This document shows, in pieces, positions 12,039-24,880 of a stretch of DNA of 64,000 nt. The translations under genes were made by a program, and so were the position numbers. Position 1 is the stretch's first letter; each line of letters starts with the position of its first letter. Location: assembly GCF_006345805.1 (NCBI RefSeq), contig NC_042997.1:95294001-95358000 (forward strand), written 5' to 3'. Source of the stretch: Octopus sinensis (lineage: Eukaryota). Under the pieces are notes generated by a model that searched no databases, was not told where the DNA came from, and worked only from the letters and a program-made list of their open reading frames with translations.

Positions 12039-14819
12039 AGAACATGTATTTGTGTAATTATTTATGAAATAATTTTATGTAATGCCTGAAAATGAAAGCT
12101 CAGTATAGCTGATGCTCGTTGCACAGAAACAAATATGCTAATTTGTTATTAAACCCGTTATTTCCATCTTCGTGCATAAATTTTTCACATAAATCCCGTA
12201 TACTGATGTAGTGTGACATGTTTATCCAGCTCAGAAAATAAACTTGCTGTATGATGGCTTATGGTAGTCGATACCAATATAGGAGCTTTTAAATGCAGGT
12301 TGCTAGGTTATAAGTGAGATAATATTGAATGTATTTGAGCACGTTATTTTGAATTCTTTTCCTGCGTATATATAAACGTCTACTAGGTTTCATTAGCATG
12401 AACAATAGATGTATGAGAGTTGCGGTGTGGGTAACAGAAGAAAGAAATGAATTTTATATAGGAATCAACATTATTACAGTTGTAGCATTGTTAATTGAGA
12501 TGTCATTGTTCTTGCTTTAAAGACAAGAATGTAATACTTATGCGTGTCTCTTTACAATTCATACGAAATAAACATATTCCTATATATTTCCTGTTCGCTT
12601 CTACGCTTTTTCACTCCATTTATGTTCGTATATCTATTATTGAATAGTTTCAAATGTATTTTATATCATAATAATGATTTGATCTAAAATTAATGTAATG
12701 CATTTCCGAGAGGGTTCCAGGAGAGAAAACGTGGAAGTATTTATTTTTAAAATATATATTTAAAGAAACTGCATCTAAAAGGCATTGTGTATTGTATTAT
12801 TATTTATGAATCAATAACTAGTTTTGGTACTTTCATTTGTTAGACAAGCAACTCCATGTAAAAGAATTCGAAAATTCTGTTTATGGTATATTATCAATAC
12901 ATATATATCATATAAGTACTTCTAAAGAAAACCATTGAATAAATACTGATGAATAGTAATTACCAACATCCTGCTGACTTTCGAATTCGATATATATTTC
13001 ACTATTTCAACGCTCAAAATCTTTTCTTAAAAATAATGTTGTATATAGAATAACATTAGGTGAGGTACTTGCTAAAATTTTGTGATGTTTTGCATAACTC
13101 AATTTTCACTGCAAGCACTTTTTACAGTGGTGTGCATATTAACATATACTGCATCGAGGCTTTATTATTTTGTGATTTTATTCCTAACATCGAATTGGCA
13201 GCAAATATCTAGGAACGCTACTAGTGTACATTTAAGAAACAACAGTGATGTTGAAGATCAACATGTCCCGGAAATCATATTGGTGTAAAAAAAATACTAT
13301 TGGTGTAAAGAATCCTTCTTTAAATTATTAAATGTTCTATAATTGCCTTCAATTTCAGAGGCTTTTATATAAAAGAAGGCGTCATTGCCAGTTCAAATCT
13401 AACATATTCATACGTAAAAATGATACGGAATGAACATCACATGGGAATAAACCGCATTTAACAATTGGCTTTCCGGCTGGTGGGTTACTGTAAGATATCA
13501 CAGGAAAAATATAGTTTGACCCGCTAAATATATGACATCGATGCTAAAGTAAGGGAGTTAGCAGAATTGTATTTCAGGTAATCAGTATCGATTTAGAAGT
13601 GCTTGAACGCTTTTCTGATAACTTTTAAAATATTATTTTAGATGCCTATATTATCAGTTTTGTGAAGTATAAAGGGTTCGCAGTCTTAATTCCACATGGT
13701 TGTATGAACTCCATTCCATATTATATGTGACATATGGTAATGTGAGCAATAAAAGTTCTTTCGGAAACCTGAAAAATCGTATTTCGCTGCTCCCTGTAGC
13801 ACCTTGTACATGTATCTGTTATCAAACATACGGGTCAACGAAAGATACAGGAGTGGAATTTGGGAAAGATTTTCAGAGAGGAATTTTACTGTGGCAATTG
13901 TCCCACATCTTCAGGCCTATATATGCTTTTGTGAAAGCCCACTAGTTTGCAATTGCTCAGACTATATTCCAATCTAATAACTTCTCTTTCTGCGACTAGT
14001 TCGTAGATCCAAAATGTCATAGGTGAAAATCGACATCATAACGACCGACAGTCAAAAGAGATAGTCGATGAAATAATTTGATTCTTTCTTAAGAATCCTT
14101 TTTCCTCTCTTCGGGTTTAATGCTATAACCTGTCATCTCACAATTCCTAACGTTTGGAAATTGAATCTAAACATATTTGCAGAATAATTGCGACTCTGTT
14201 ACGATAATATAAACAAATATTTCCACAGTAATACTTTCCAATCAATTCATTTACAGCTAGATTTCATAAAATTTACCTCATTTTGCAAGTGTTAATTAAG
14301 AAAGATGTCTAGGTTTATAATCGAATAATATTCAATCACACCTTAACTCGAAGTTGTCATTACGATTAGCATAAAATATCGTAGATTTAAACAACTTCCC
14401 TTCAGTGTTGTATTCTAACTACAGGTATTGCAGGTTTACCTCTCAATTCATAAAATAGTATTTAAAGCATACGAATATCTGCAACAGCATATAATCTAGG
14501 TTCAATAATTTTTTGTCGAGAAAACTCTGCATTTTCTCTACTTTGCTGAACTGTATTCTGTACAAGAAGATGGCATTTTAAATAAATATAAACAACTTGC
14601 TCAAAGCGTTTTCTTTCTCTGACTACACCAAACTCCTTAGCATATAAGACATAAAGACAATACAGATTGATTTGTGATGGTAGGATTTAACACGGAGGAA
14701 ATACAGACATGTAAGAGCATTTCAATGGTCAGTATTAGAAGACCTCGACTGGATATTATTTAGAATAAAGGATTAGATGAAATATTGCGTAACGAAACCT
14801 ATTCACTTGAAACAGCCAT

Positions 14820-15013
14820 GTTCTATATTTTGGAGATGAAGAATTATGTACACTGTTTACGTTATTTATATGTGTCCTCATCTTTATTGTTACCACAACG
14901 CTTCGGCTGATTTACTCTCTCGCCTCCATCAAATGCCCTGGTAGAATTGTGAACCCAACCCTGGGTTCTCATTCGCAATGTCTATTTATTGCTGATATTA
15001 TTATTATTATTAC

Positions 15014-15107
<94 letters not shown>

Positions 15108-15215
15108 TATTATTATTATTATTATTATATTATTATTATTATTTATTCAAGGTTCTGCCTGGAATTGAGCTCGCAATCCTGCGGTTAGTAGACCGCACTC
15201 TTAACGACGGGCATA
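14820..15215 (-). mobile_element. tRNA-head/(AAT)n/hammerhead SINE-like element (family H2), copy 1
   Basis: Reverse complement shows a tRNA-like head (15148-15215), an (AAT)n tract, then aatgagaacccagg and a degenerate HHR (14893-14938). Confidence 0.75.
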
Positions 15216-15216
15216 C

Positions 15217-15455
15217 AGCGTACTGGATAATAGCGTGGGCTACTAACCCCAAGATTGTGAGTTCAATAATAATCATAATAATAATAATAATAATGATGAT
15301 GATAATAATAATAATATCAGTAAAAAAATAACTTAGCAATGAGAACCCAGGTATGGGTTCAAATGTCTACCAGGACACCTGATCAAACGTGGAGAGTAAA
15401 TCAGTCGAAACGTGATAAGAACAAACAAGATGAAGACACATATCCGTCCAATGTA
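15217..15455 (+). mobile_element. family H2 element, copy 2 (head-to-head with copy 1)
   Basis: ggataatagcgtgggctactaaccccaagattgtgagttc, then (AAT)n, then cttagcaatgagaacccagg...cacctgatca...cagtcgaaacg...caaacaagatgaagacacatatccg. Confidence 0.75.
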
Positions 15456-16185
15456 TGTTGCTAGAGATGACCCAATTTCAACATCTGTATTTGAGATGAA
15501 AACGCAGGGCAAGCAAGTCTTCTCCGAACATTCATGTGAGACTATCTTCCCGTTCAATGTGAACAATGCCTTTTGTGAAAAATCTCAGAATTGAATTTGA
15601 ATTTGAAGCGTTGCCACAAGAAATTTATGTAGGCGCAATGTTTCAGCGAGTACTTGTACGTTGTTGAATATTTCAGTTAGAGAGACTTAAAGCAAACAAT
15701 TAATGCCATTGCTGGCGATGACTGAAGGAGTTTTAAGATGCTATTTAACTATTTTTCCCTTTGGGAAACACTCCATCCTTGACATTCTAAATTCCATTCA
15801 TACAATTTCCTACAATTTCTAGAAGCATTTCGGAAATTATTCTGAAATGCTTTCCTAATAAATTTAACAAAAGAAAAAAACAAGCTACTAACTTCAAATG
15901 AACTTCAGAACAGTTTAATTTTAATTTATCTGTACATCAAAAGGAAACAAGAACATTACACTTGATAGAATAATGGACGACGTGCTATTGAGAACATTGA
16001 ATGTCAGAATCTAATTGAGAGAAAGGAAACATTAAAAATACATGCTGAGGTTGACCGGCTCCTACTAACGCAATAAAAGAGAATTTAAATAAAAATATCG
16101 GTAAAGGTTTCCACCTAGTAAAAAGCATAGGACAAAACTTAATCCGCATTACTATATTCAAAATTACTGCTATATATTGGTCCTA

Positions 16186-16580
16186 TGGGCGCAGCGGTGG
16201 CTAAGTCGTAAGAAGTTTGCCTCCTAGCTACATGGTTCCTGGTTCAGTCTCACTGCATTGCATCTTGGGCAAGTGCCTTCTACTATAGCCCCTGCCGATC
16301 AAATCCTTGTGAGTAGGTTTGCTAGACGTTAACTAAAAGAAGACTGTCGCACATACTTACATGTATATATATATATGCGCGCGCAGGAGTGTGCATGCGA
16401 TTGTGTCTGTGTTTGTCTCTCACCATCGCCTGACAACCACCGTTGGTTTGTTTAATGTCTATAACTTAGCGGCACAGCAACAGTGGAAATAAAATACTTT
16501 CAAGGCTGAAAATGAATTTTAAAATATATTGGGATCGATTTAGTCGACCAAAACCTGTTGCAGGCTTTGCCCCAGATCGG
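16186..16580 (+). mobile_element. tRNA-derived SINE family A; other pieces at ~20580-21040, 21510-21710, 27280-27390, 56690-56920(-), 58785-59035, 60200-60380(-)
   Basis: A/B-box-like head (ggtggctaagtcgtaag...ggttcagtc). The body cttgggcaagtg.cttctactatagcc...cttgtgagt and the tail tttgtcccc...gtaacttagcggttcggc...gcggtgctccagcatg recur at the listed sites. Confidence 0.8.
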
Positions 16581-16729
16581 AACTGACTATATCAAGCCTA
16601 CAAGTTTTGTCGTTGTTTATTTAACACTTTTGATACGGAATGTATCCAGGACATCGAGGCAATGATGGTGTAACGAGAAAGGTGGCCGGCAGACTTTGCT
16701 GCTGCGGCGCAGGTTGGATCAAATTCTGA

Positions 16730-16830
16730 GATCAAATTCCACGGAGTTCAACTTTGCTCTTCATCATTCCTGGGTCGATAGAATAGGTACTAGCAGGGCT
16801 ATTGTGTCGATGTAATCGACTTACCTACTA
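16730..16830 (+). mobile_element. tRNA-derived SINE family B fragment; further copies at ~23450-23650(-), 29490-29690(-), 29716-29880, 30340-30520(-), 30550-30660, 56370-56530, 59160-59260
   Basis: Shared body ttctgag.tcaaattcc...gtcgactttgcctttcatcc...ggggtcgata...aagtaccag...gggtcgat.taatcgact matches the full copy at 52877-53101. Confidence 0.75.
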
Positions 16831-18278
16831 CCACTAAAAATGCCAAAATTCGGAAGCAGCATTATGAATAATAGTCGTTTCCAGATGTCGAATATCTGGA
16901 GGATATAAGAAACTAATAAACGGGAAATTACTGAATGCAAACGCTTTGAAATGTTAATGTTACTAGTGTAAATTACTTTTCTCCTATTCAACATTAAAAG
17001 TATGCAGGTTTTCTTCCGAAAAGCATTCTCAATACTTAAAAGTGATTGCATCTATGTTTCGTGGATTAATTGCGAACACTAGAAAGAGATATATGTATGC
17101 ACGAAATAGTTCGTTTTTAAAGTAAAACTCAGTTTCAAGAGGTGGAATCACTGATCGTTGCAATTATCATAATTGATCGTCCTATTTAAATAGAAATCAT
17201 CCAAATTTGTATTGCAAATATAATACACCACTTAAAAAGTAGTGCTTCATCTTCTGTCCGGTTGCTATAGCTCACTGCCGTATATGGGCGGGTAGATGAC
17301 GAGGTTCTCCATTACATGAATTAGTTCAAATTTAAACGAATAAAACCGACAGGTTAATAAATCTCCTTTTTATCACGACTACCTAAGTACTATTAAAGGT
17401 TCGTTACGGATTTGCTGACGGATATCTTGTATACTCGATGGGCTGAATTGTTAAGTCTGTTGACAGTACTCAATTGACAGTACTCAATTAAGAAATGAAA
17501 TAAATCCTTTTGAATTACGCTCAGTAAAAAGCAACAAAACAGTGAAAATAAAGAGAAATAATTCAGTGATGGATTGCACATTGCATCCGTAAAATTGATA
17601 TTGATTTCAATTTCAAAAAATCTCCAAAATTAAATATATTGAATTTGTGCAAAACTTTTCAAAAGAAAATCTCATGAATGGCGACATTTATCGAGTATTG
17701 TTTGTAGATGAAAGATAGATTTCACTTAAAATAGTTTGTTATTCTTGTGATTCGAATTATATATGTGTTCGTATACTTGATATGTATTGCTCTGTCAATA
17801 AAAAATATTTTGACGCAAAAATGAATTTACCTCCATTTACATGTGGATGTACTATTGGAACGAACTAAAATGCGGTCGGTATCATGAGAGGGAAACTCTC
17901 ATATTGGCTTGTGGTGCAAAATGCACTTATTTTCGCTAGCGAGGAGATAAATCCCCTCCACCTTCAGCGCCGTGACCACCAAACCACATGATTTCGACCT
18001 TCCTTATTCTCGTCCATCATGAACACTGGAATTCGAGGAAACAAGTTTTATTTATTGGAATATAGCATCAAAAAAGTCTAGCTCAATAAAGTTTTGGTGA
18101 GAACCTCAAGTGGTATTAAGCTTATTTGAAGAACTTATCAGTCTGGTATTTTACATTTCAAAAACGTTTTTACTTTTTATAACGGAAACTTTAACTTGTA
18201 AATATATATAAAAGTTGTCTCTTTCGTAGTACCCGATACTGACAATAGCGAAGTCGCTAGAAATGCCTTTAATTTATC

Positions 18279-18296
18279 GGTCTACTAGATGGCGCT
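18279..18296 (+). promoter_or_regulatory. CTCF-like motif (ggtctactagatggcgct)
   Basis: One mismatch to the CCACYAGRKGGCRC core, in non-repeat sequence; motif match only. Confidence 0.3.
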
Positions 18297-18540
18297 TCAA
18301 AATGAGTGTTGTGGTTCCAATACTTGTTGCTCTGTAAAAAAAAAATAAACATTTTAACGTATGAAATATGCCACAAGTTTATTCTAACTATAAAACATTA
18401 CTTATTTGACAACACTTCTTGTTAATTTGACAAAATTACTTCGACTTCCCACGCATACTGAACATACATACCCACACATATACATAATATACATGCATAC
18501 GTACATACATACATACGTACATACATACATACATAAAAGG

Positions 18541-19110
18541 ATGGTAAAATGTGGGCTGTACGACACCAAGATTGAACACGTCAACCATATTATTGCCAAC
18601 TGTAAGAGAATGTCTTCCAGAAATCATCTTCCCATGAGGCATGACGCAGTGAGAAGAACGGTCTAGAAAAGGATAGCAAAAATGAAAAGATGTACAGATG
18701 AAGTTGACTACATGGAGTTTGATGGATCAAAAGAGTATTGCTGTAACTTGATAATTAAAACTGCCATCATATTCGAACAGAATCGAACAGATATTTTCTG
18801 AGCCCACAAGGGAAAGTTATATTTTATTGTAGAAATCAGCTGCTCTCTGGGTACTTATGTAGCTCGGCAAATACGAGAGAAAGCGAACATCTATGGACCA
18901 TTTTAAGGAGTTTGCTAATGCGGTGCCCAAGATATAATTTCAGCTTCATACTTATTATTATTGAAGCAACCGTATATATACGAACCCGTCTGGATTAAAG
19001 TATGGCTGAAATTGTGTTCTTAGGGAGAGAAGGTAAATCCTTAATTCATACACTACAAATTCCCAATATATTTGGACTAAAATCATCTGCAATATGTTCT
19101 TAAGTCTTGA
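18541..19110 (+). mobile_element. R2/R4-superfamily (REL-endonuclease) LINE 3' remnant
   Basis: CGLYDTKIEHVNHIIANC...PMRHDAV (zinc knuckle plus RHD), then NRTDIF...FIVEISC...EKANIYGP (PD-(D/E)xK nuclease); contains stops. Confidence 0.75.
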
Positions 19111-19254
19111 ATACTGATTAACAAAACTAGACGCTTTCTTTCACCACCTAGCCTCCAAGTAGGTACCCAACCAAAGTTTATTCCTTATTAAAGAGAGAAA
19201 GAGAAGATACATACATACATACATACATACATCATACATACATACATACATACA

Positions 19255-19288
<34 letters not shown>

Positions 19289-19565
19289 CATACATATATA
19301 CACAGTGCACAGAAAAAAAAAACACGCAAACATATACAGACACACACACGCACATATATAGTCATAAGGCAGTTATTGCGGGATGAAACATCTCAAGTTA
19401 CATTGCCGTGTAATAGAAACTATACCACATAGATTCGAGTCGAACTTCTAACAAAGATAAACATGTATTCACGTGCATTTATTTTTCTCTATTTTTAGTG
19501 TTTGTTTTAATGATTATCAATCTATCTAATCTATCTATCACTGTCTCTGTCTGTCTGTCTGCCTA

Positions 19566-19663
<98 letters not shown>

Positions 19664-19709
19664 CACATATATATACACATATATATACATATATATATAT
19701 GTGTGTGTG

Positions 19710-19758
<49 letters not shown>

Positions 19759-20796
19759 ATTCATATATGTGTGTGCGTGCGTGATTGTATGCGCGCGTGT
19801 ATTCTTTTATTGTTTCATTCTATAACTTGCTCTGGGGCCCCACCTCGAAGGATTTTTAACACATCGACCTCATTACTCATCTTTTGCCTTTCTTAAAGTC
19901 AGCTACTTGCAATACCGTTCTCCTATACCGAGCTTTTCCGTTACGGTCACGTAAAGAAACCAACGCCGGGTCTCAGGCGGTAGAAGAGGAAGTAAGAGAG
20001 AAAAAATAAAAAAAGTGAAAGCGACACTGAGTGGTGATGGCGTTTGTATTGTGTTTTTAAATGTTTATCACATCGCAAGTAGATACATAGATCGAAAGAA
20101 AAGTCGATACATAGATACATACACACATTGCGAAATTAAAAGCAGGAAAGAGGAGAAACACAGAGGATGTGAGTGAGAAAGAGAGAAAGTGAAGCGATAG
20201 TAATGAATAGAGGGTAAGTCTTTCAGGTGTTTACGTTTTTATTCTGGGAGTTCTAGAACGATCGACTGTTAGTTCTCCCTTCGTTCCCCCATATCCGGTA
20301 CTTATTCGCTTTCTTTCATTGATATTCATGTCTTTTAGTTGCGCGGGGAAGACCATGATTTTTTTTTCAGGCACACTTAACGTTTTCTCTACAAATTATG
20401 AACAAGCCCCACCTCGCTTCCTTTTTTGTTTTCATACAAATTCTAGGTCAAGTTTCGAACGTTATATAGCTGTGAAAATAGCCCAGAAAATGTGTAATAC
20501 CCCCTACAAAGTGGGTGGAGGAGAAAAGTTGCCAACAGGTGGCTACACAAACTTCCACAGTATACTTTAAAGAGTATCTTCTACTATCGCCTTAGGCCGA
20601 CAAAAACTCGTGAGTGAATTTGGTAGACGTAAATTGAAAGTAGATCGTCATTATTTACCGCACGCTGGACGGATCCCTGGATTTCGGACTGAACTTGGAG
20701 TACCTAATTGGCGGAATTTTTTCTACCATCGGATTAGATTACCGTATACATTCGACATACGCCATTCTGCACCTTGATTGGGAGTCATATATACAC

Positions 20797-20850
<54 letters not shown>

Positions 20851-21199
20851 TCATATTTTTAATTTGTCTCTGTTTGTCCCCAACCCCATTGTTTGACAAC
20901 CAATATTGGTCTGTTTGTGTCCTCGTAACTTAGTTGTTCAGAAAAAGAGACAGTTAAAATAAGTACCAGGCTTACAGAGAATAAGTTCAGGGGTCAATAT
21001 CTTCCACTAAACGACGGTGCTCCAGCATGGCACCGGCACACAAGTTACAGATGTTTTCATTTTTTATATTTTCTGTCCGTTAATTTTTCACGGATCTAGC
21101 TAGTATATATTAACACACACACACACACTCACACACACTCACACAAACAAATACGCACACACACACACACACACACACAAATACACACATATCACGTAA

Positions 21200-21425
21200 C
21201 CGTCCAGACTATCTTCTGACGTTGCTACACATGGCTATCCACCATGAGTTTTGCATTGCTTCGGCCTTCAAATAACGCTACCCCGCTGGCTAAGCTGATC
21301 GAAAGGGGAACTGGAGAACGTGAAATGAAGTGTTTGCTCAGGAACAACAACGCAGCGCCATCTAATCAGGGAATCGAATCTACGATAGGGCTATAGTGAG
21401 AGCAACCCCCGCACCACTAGGCTAT
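21200..21425 (-). mobile_element. tRNA-derived SINE-like element (family C-type)
   Basis: Reverse complement begins ggtgcatagcctagtggtgcgggg...gtagattcgattccc (A and B boxes), followed by ttcctgagcaaacacttcatttcacgtt, similar to the body at 53525-53580. Confidence 0.6.
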
Positions 21426-21428
21426 GCA

Positions 21429-21485
<57 letters not shown>

Positions 21486-21778
21486 ATATGTATGTATGTT
21501 TTATGTGTGTATATGTTTGTGTATCTGTGTTTGTCCCCCAACACACCGATGCTGGCGTGTTTACATCCCCGTAACTTAGCGGTTCGGCAAAGAAAATCTG
21601 ATAGAATAAGTACAAGGTTTACAAAGAATATACAAAGATACATAGAGAGTAAAGCGGTGCTCCAGCATGGCCACAGTCAAATGACTAAAACAAGTGAAAG
21701 AGTAAAAAGAAATATATATATATATATATATATACATATGTATTTATGTACATACATATATATATATTTATATACATA

Positions 21779-22142
21779 AACGAGCAAAACGCCGCCACGT
21801 CCAATGGACGTTAAACATTTAAACCAGATTTTCTCAAAACAACCTAGTCCGACCGTCCCATAGGCCTCCCCTTTGAGAAACACTGATTTAACCTAAATTT
21901 GAGACACCAGCAAAAGAAGAAATAAAGATAGACTTTTTTCTATTCCAAAGAAAAACGCTTTCCCACGACTTTATCGATCGCATTCTCGCCTGGAATCGAT
22001 TTTTGTAATTTTTTCATGACTTATACACGCCCTGATACCGTCGGTATCTACATATCAAATTTGAGAGCAATCGGATGGCGGATGCCCGAGATCCTTGAAG
22101 CCAAACTCACACACACACACAGATCGGATTTTATATAAGCGA
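21779..22142 (-). mobile_element. non-autonomous Helitron-like element, partial copy of 62850-63533
   Basis: Aligns along its length, in inverted orientation, with 62850-63210; the minus-strand end reads A|TC at 22142. Confidence 0.65.
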
Positions 22143-22177
22143 TATACATATATAGTTATATACATAAATATACATAT

Positions 22178-22257
<80 letters not shown>

Positions 22258-24089
22258 GTGTGTGTGTGTGTGTATGCTTGTGTGTATGTATATCCATATA
22301 CATGTATATTCATGTAGTAAATACATTTGCAATTAATGTTTTAAAATCATATGATTAAATTTTCTGTGTAAAAAGAACCTTATCAATACAAAGCAGAGTT
22401 CCGATCGCCTAGCGATTGCAAGTATATCTCGGTTGGTTAATGCTTCCTCATAACATTGCTTAAAAGTAAGAGATAAGGCCTTTCAGCACGTCATGAGAGA
22501 GGTAGCTCTAAAATCTTACTAGTCACACAGATGCACACATATGAATGGATATAAGTAAGCACTGATAGATGGATTGATGGATTGACTTGTGGATGTCATG
22601 CAATTTTCTTTCTATATGTATAACATTTTCCGCGCATCAGAAATTCGACCATATATATATATGTGTGTCTCTGTGTGTGTGGTTGTGTGCGCGCGTGGGG
22701 TTCTATGAAGCATCCGCTTCATTATATCTATTTCTATTTCAACTTGAATTATTTTCATCTTTTCGGTAATAAACAACCTTGAATATCTGTTTTTATAAGT
22801 AATATCGAAAATAAATGCCCGTTATGCGGAATAGAAATGCAGAAAGTGCATTCTCTAATATAAAGTTTATTAGATACAAAAATAAAACACTTCTTCATTC
22901 ATACTAACGAAATGATGGCGATTGATGTTGGAAATATATTTCCTTAAAATGACACACCGGAATATTTATTGAATTTGAATATATTACCTTTTCCCAAAAT
23001 TAGGTTTCCAGCGAATATATTTAGTGTAGTTTAAATAAATAACGTGAAGGTAATAAAATCATTTCCTGTATTTCTGAAAATATATATATGCCTTACCCTT
23101 TAACATTAGCACATGCATTTCAAATAAAAGTTATATGCAATATAAGAGCAAAAAAGAGCATTAAATGTATATATAGTATAACATGATATGATATAATATA
23201 ATATAATATAATATAATATAATATAATATAATATAATATTATATAATATAATATTATATAATATTATATTATATAATATATATTATATATACATACATAT
23301 ATACACACACACATTTATATATTGGGAGAAAAATTAAGATCATTCCGAATTCAAAATTTTGAAGTTCCAATTGCGTAATTATTGGGAAACGAAATATTTT
23401 CCAGAAAGAAATAATCGATATATTTTGTAATATACAGGTGAATCTTGAAATCATGACTGCTTGAACGTAGAATGCATACTAGTCGAAATACCGCTGAACA
23501 TTTCGCCCAGTGTTATAATGATTCCGTCAGCTCACCGCCTTCTATACATACAAAAATAACCCTTTCGCTTATAGTCATAAAGACTGAAATTTGGAGAAGT
23601 GGTATATCCAATCACATCGCCTCCAGTACACAAATGGTACTTAACTTAACAACCCCGATATATATATATATATATTGTTGTATTTAGGAATGGTCATTTT
23701 GCCAGTTTAGCAAAAAAAAACACACGCACTATATATTTGCTGCTAGTTTGTTTCAGCGTTATTTATTTTTTACATTAATATTAATCTTATTTCGGCCAGA
23801 GTTCTTTCGTCACACTCCTGTGACCGCATCAGTGTTCCTTTGCTTTCTTCTCCCTTATTTGTGTGTCTTTCCTTATCCAACGGTCAGCTATTTTGCATTT
23901 TGTATTTCTACTGTGTCTTCATTTGCGCATGCGTATATCTCTATGTACGTCTATGTTTAGTTATAGTGTGTGTGGGGGGGGGGCGGAAATACTTGTAATA
24001 TTTGTACCTCCTGTTTATATACGTTCGTGTAATTCGTTTTGTTTTTTTTTTATTTTGTTCATATGTTTACACCCACTTATTATTATTAT

Positions 24090-24650
24090 CATTGAGTAAG
24101 AGAGCAGTTCATGCCATCAAAGTGACACTGGGGTAAAATATACGAAGCCCAATATACCCATCATGACTACCCGTCTGATAAAGATACACCAGGCACATGC
24201 ATCACAACCATATGTGCGCGACATGGTGATCTCATATCAAGATAAACAGCACATGACCTTGCACGTGGGGCCCAGTTAGAATTTTCTTCAGGTTGAGTAG
24301 CCCATCCCGCTCAAACGGTCCCTGAATAAGGGTTGTTTAAGGATGTTGAAAGAACCACACATGTTTCCAGAGGTGAACTATTCAAACCCCAAAGAATCCC
24401 TCTCAACACATGGCTATGATGCTCCCCCACTACTTCTGCTCGTGATCTGAGATGCACATATCGTCAGCCACTAAGGGACATGCTCAACTGGTTAAGGTCA
24501 AACAACTGACAAGCAATTCTGTGGTATTGAGCAGAATATTTGCTGTAGCCCATCTTTTATTCCAAGACAAAACAATGTACATGATAACACTTCCAATCAG
24601 TTAAGATCAGGAGCCATGAGAGCCACTGCCTGGTACTGCATCAGGGCATT
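24090..24650. mobile_element. ~560-bp non-coding element flanked on both sides by (ATT)n
   Basis: Sharp complexity and GC boundaries; ttattattatc on the left and atttattattatt on the right; no long ORF. Confidence 0.55.
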
Positions 24651-24667
24651 TATTATTATTATTGTTG

Positions 24668-24726
<59 letters not shown>

Positions 24727-24797
24727 ATTATTATTATTATTATTATTATGATTATTAGCATTATTATTGTTATTATGTATGTATACATAATAATAAC

Positions 24798-24862
<65 letters not shown>

Positions 24863-24880
24863 TAATAACAATAATAATAA
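24651..24880. repeat. back-to-back (ATT)n / (AAT)n palindromic microsatellite
   Basis: (ATT)n, then the centre ttatgtat-gt-atacataa, then (AAT)n. Confidence 0.9.

Noticed and set aside
13800-13945. Acceptor-like site and KHTGQRK...CGNC, a zinc-finger-like reading
   Set aside because: Cys/His spacing does not fit C2H2, there is no donor, and all frames end quickly.
17246-17302. GU-rich hairpin
   Set aside because: Stem of only ~13-18 bp with a large loop; not miRNA-like.
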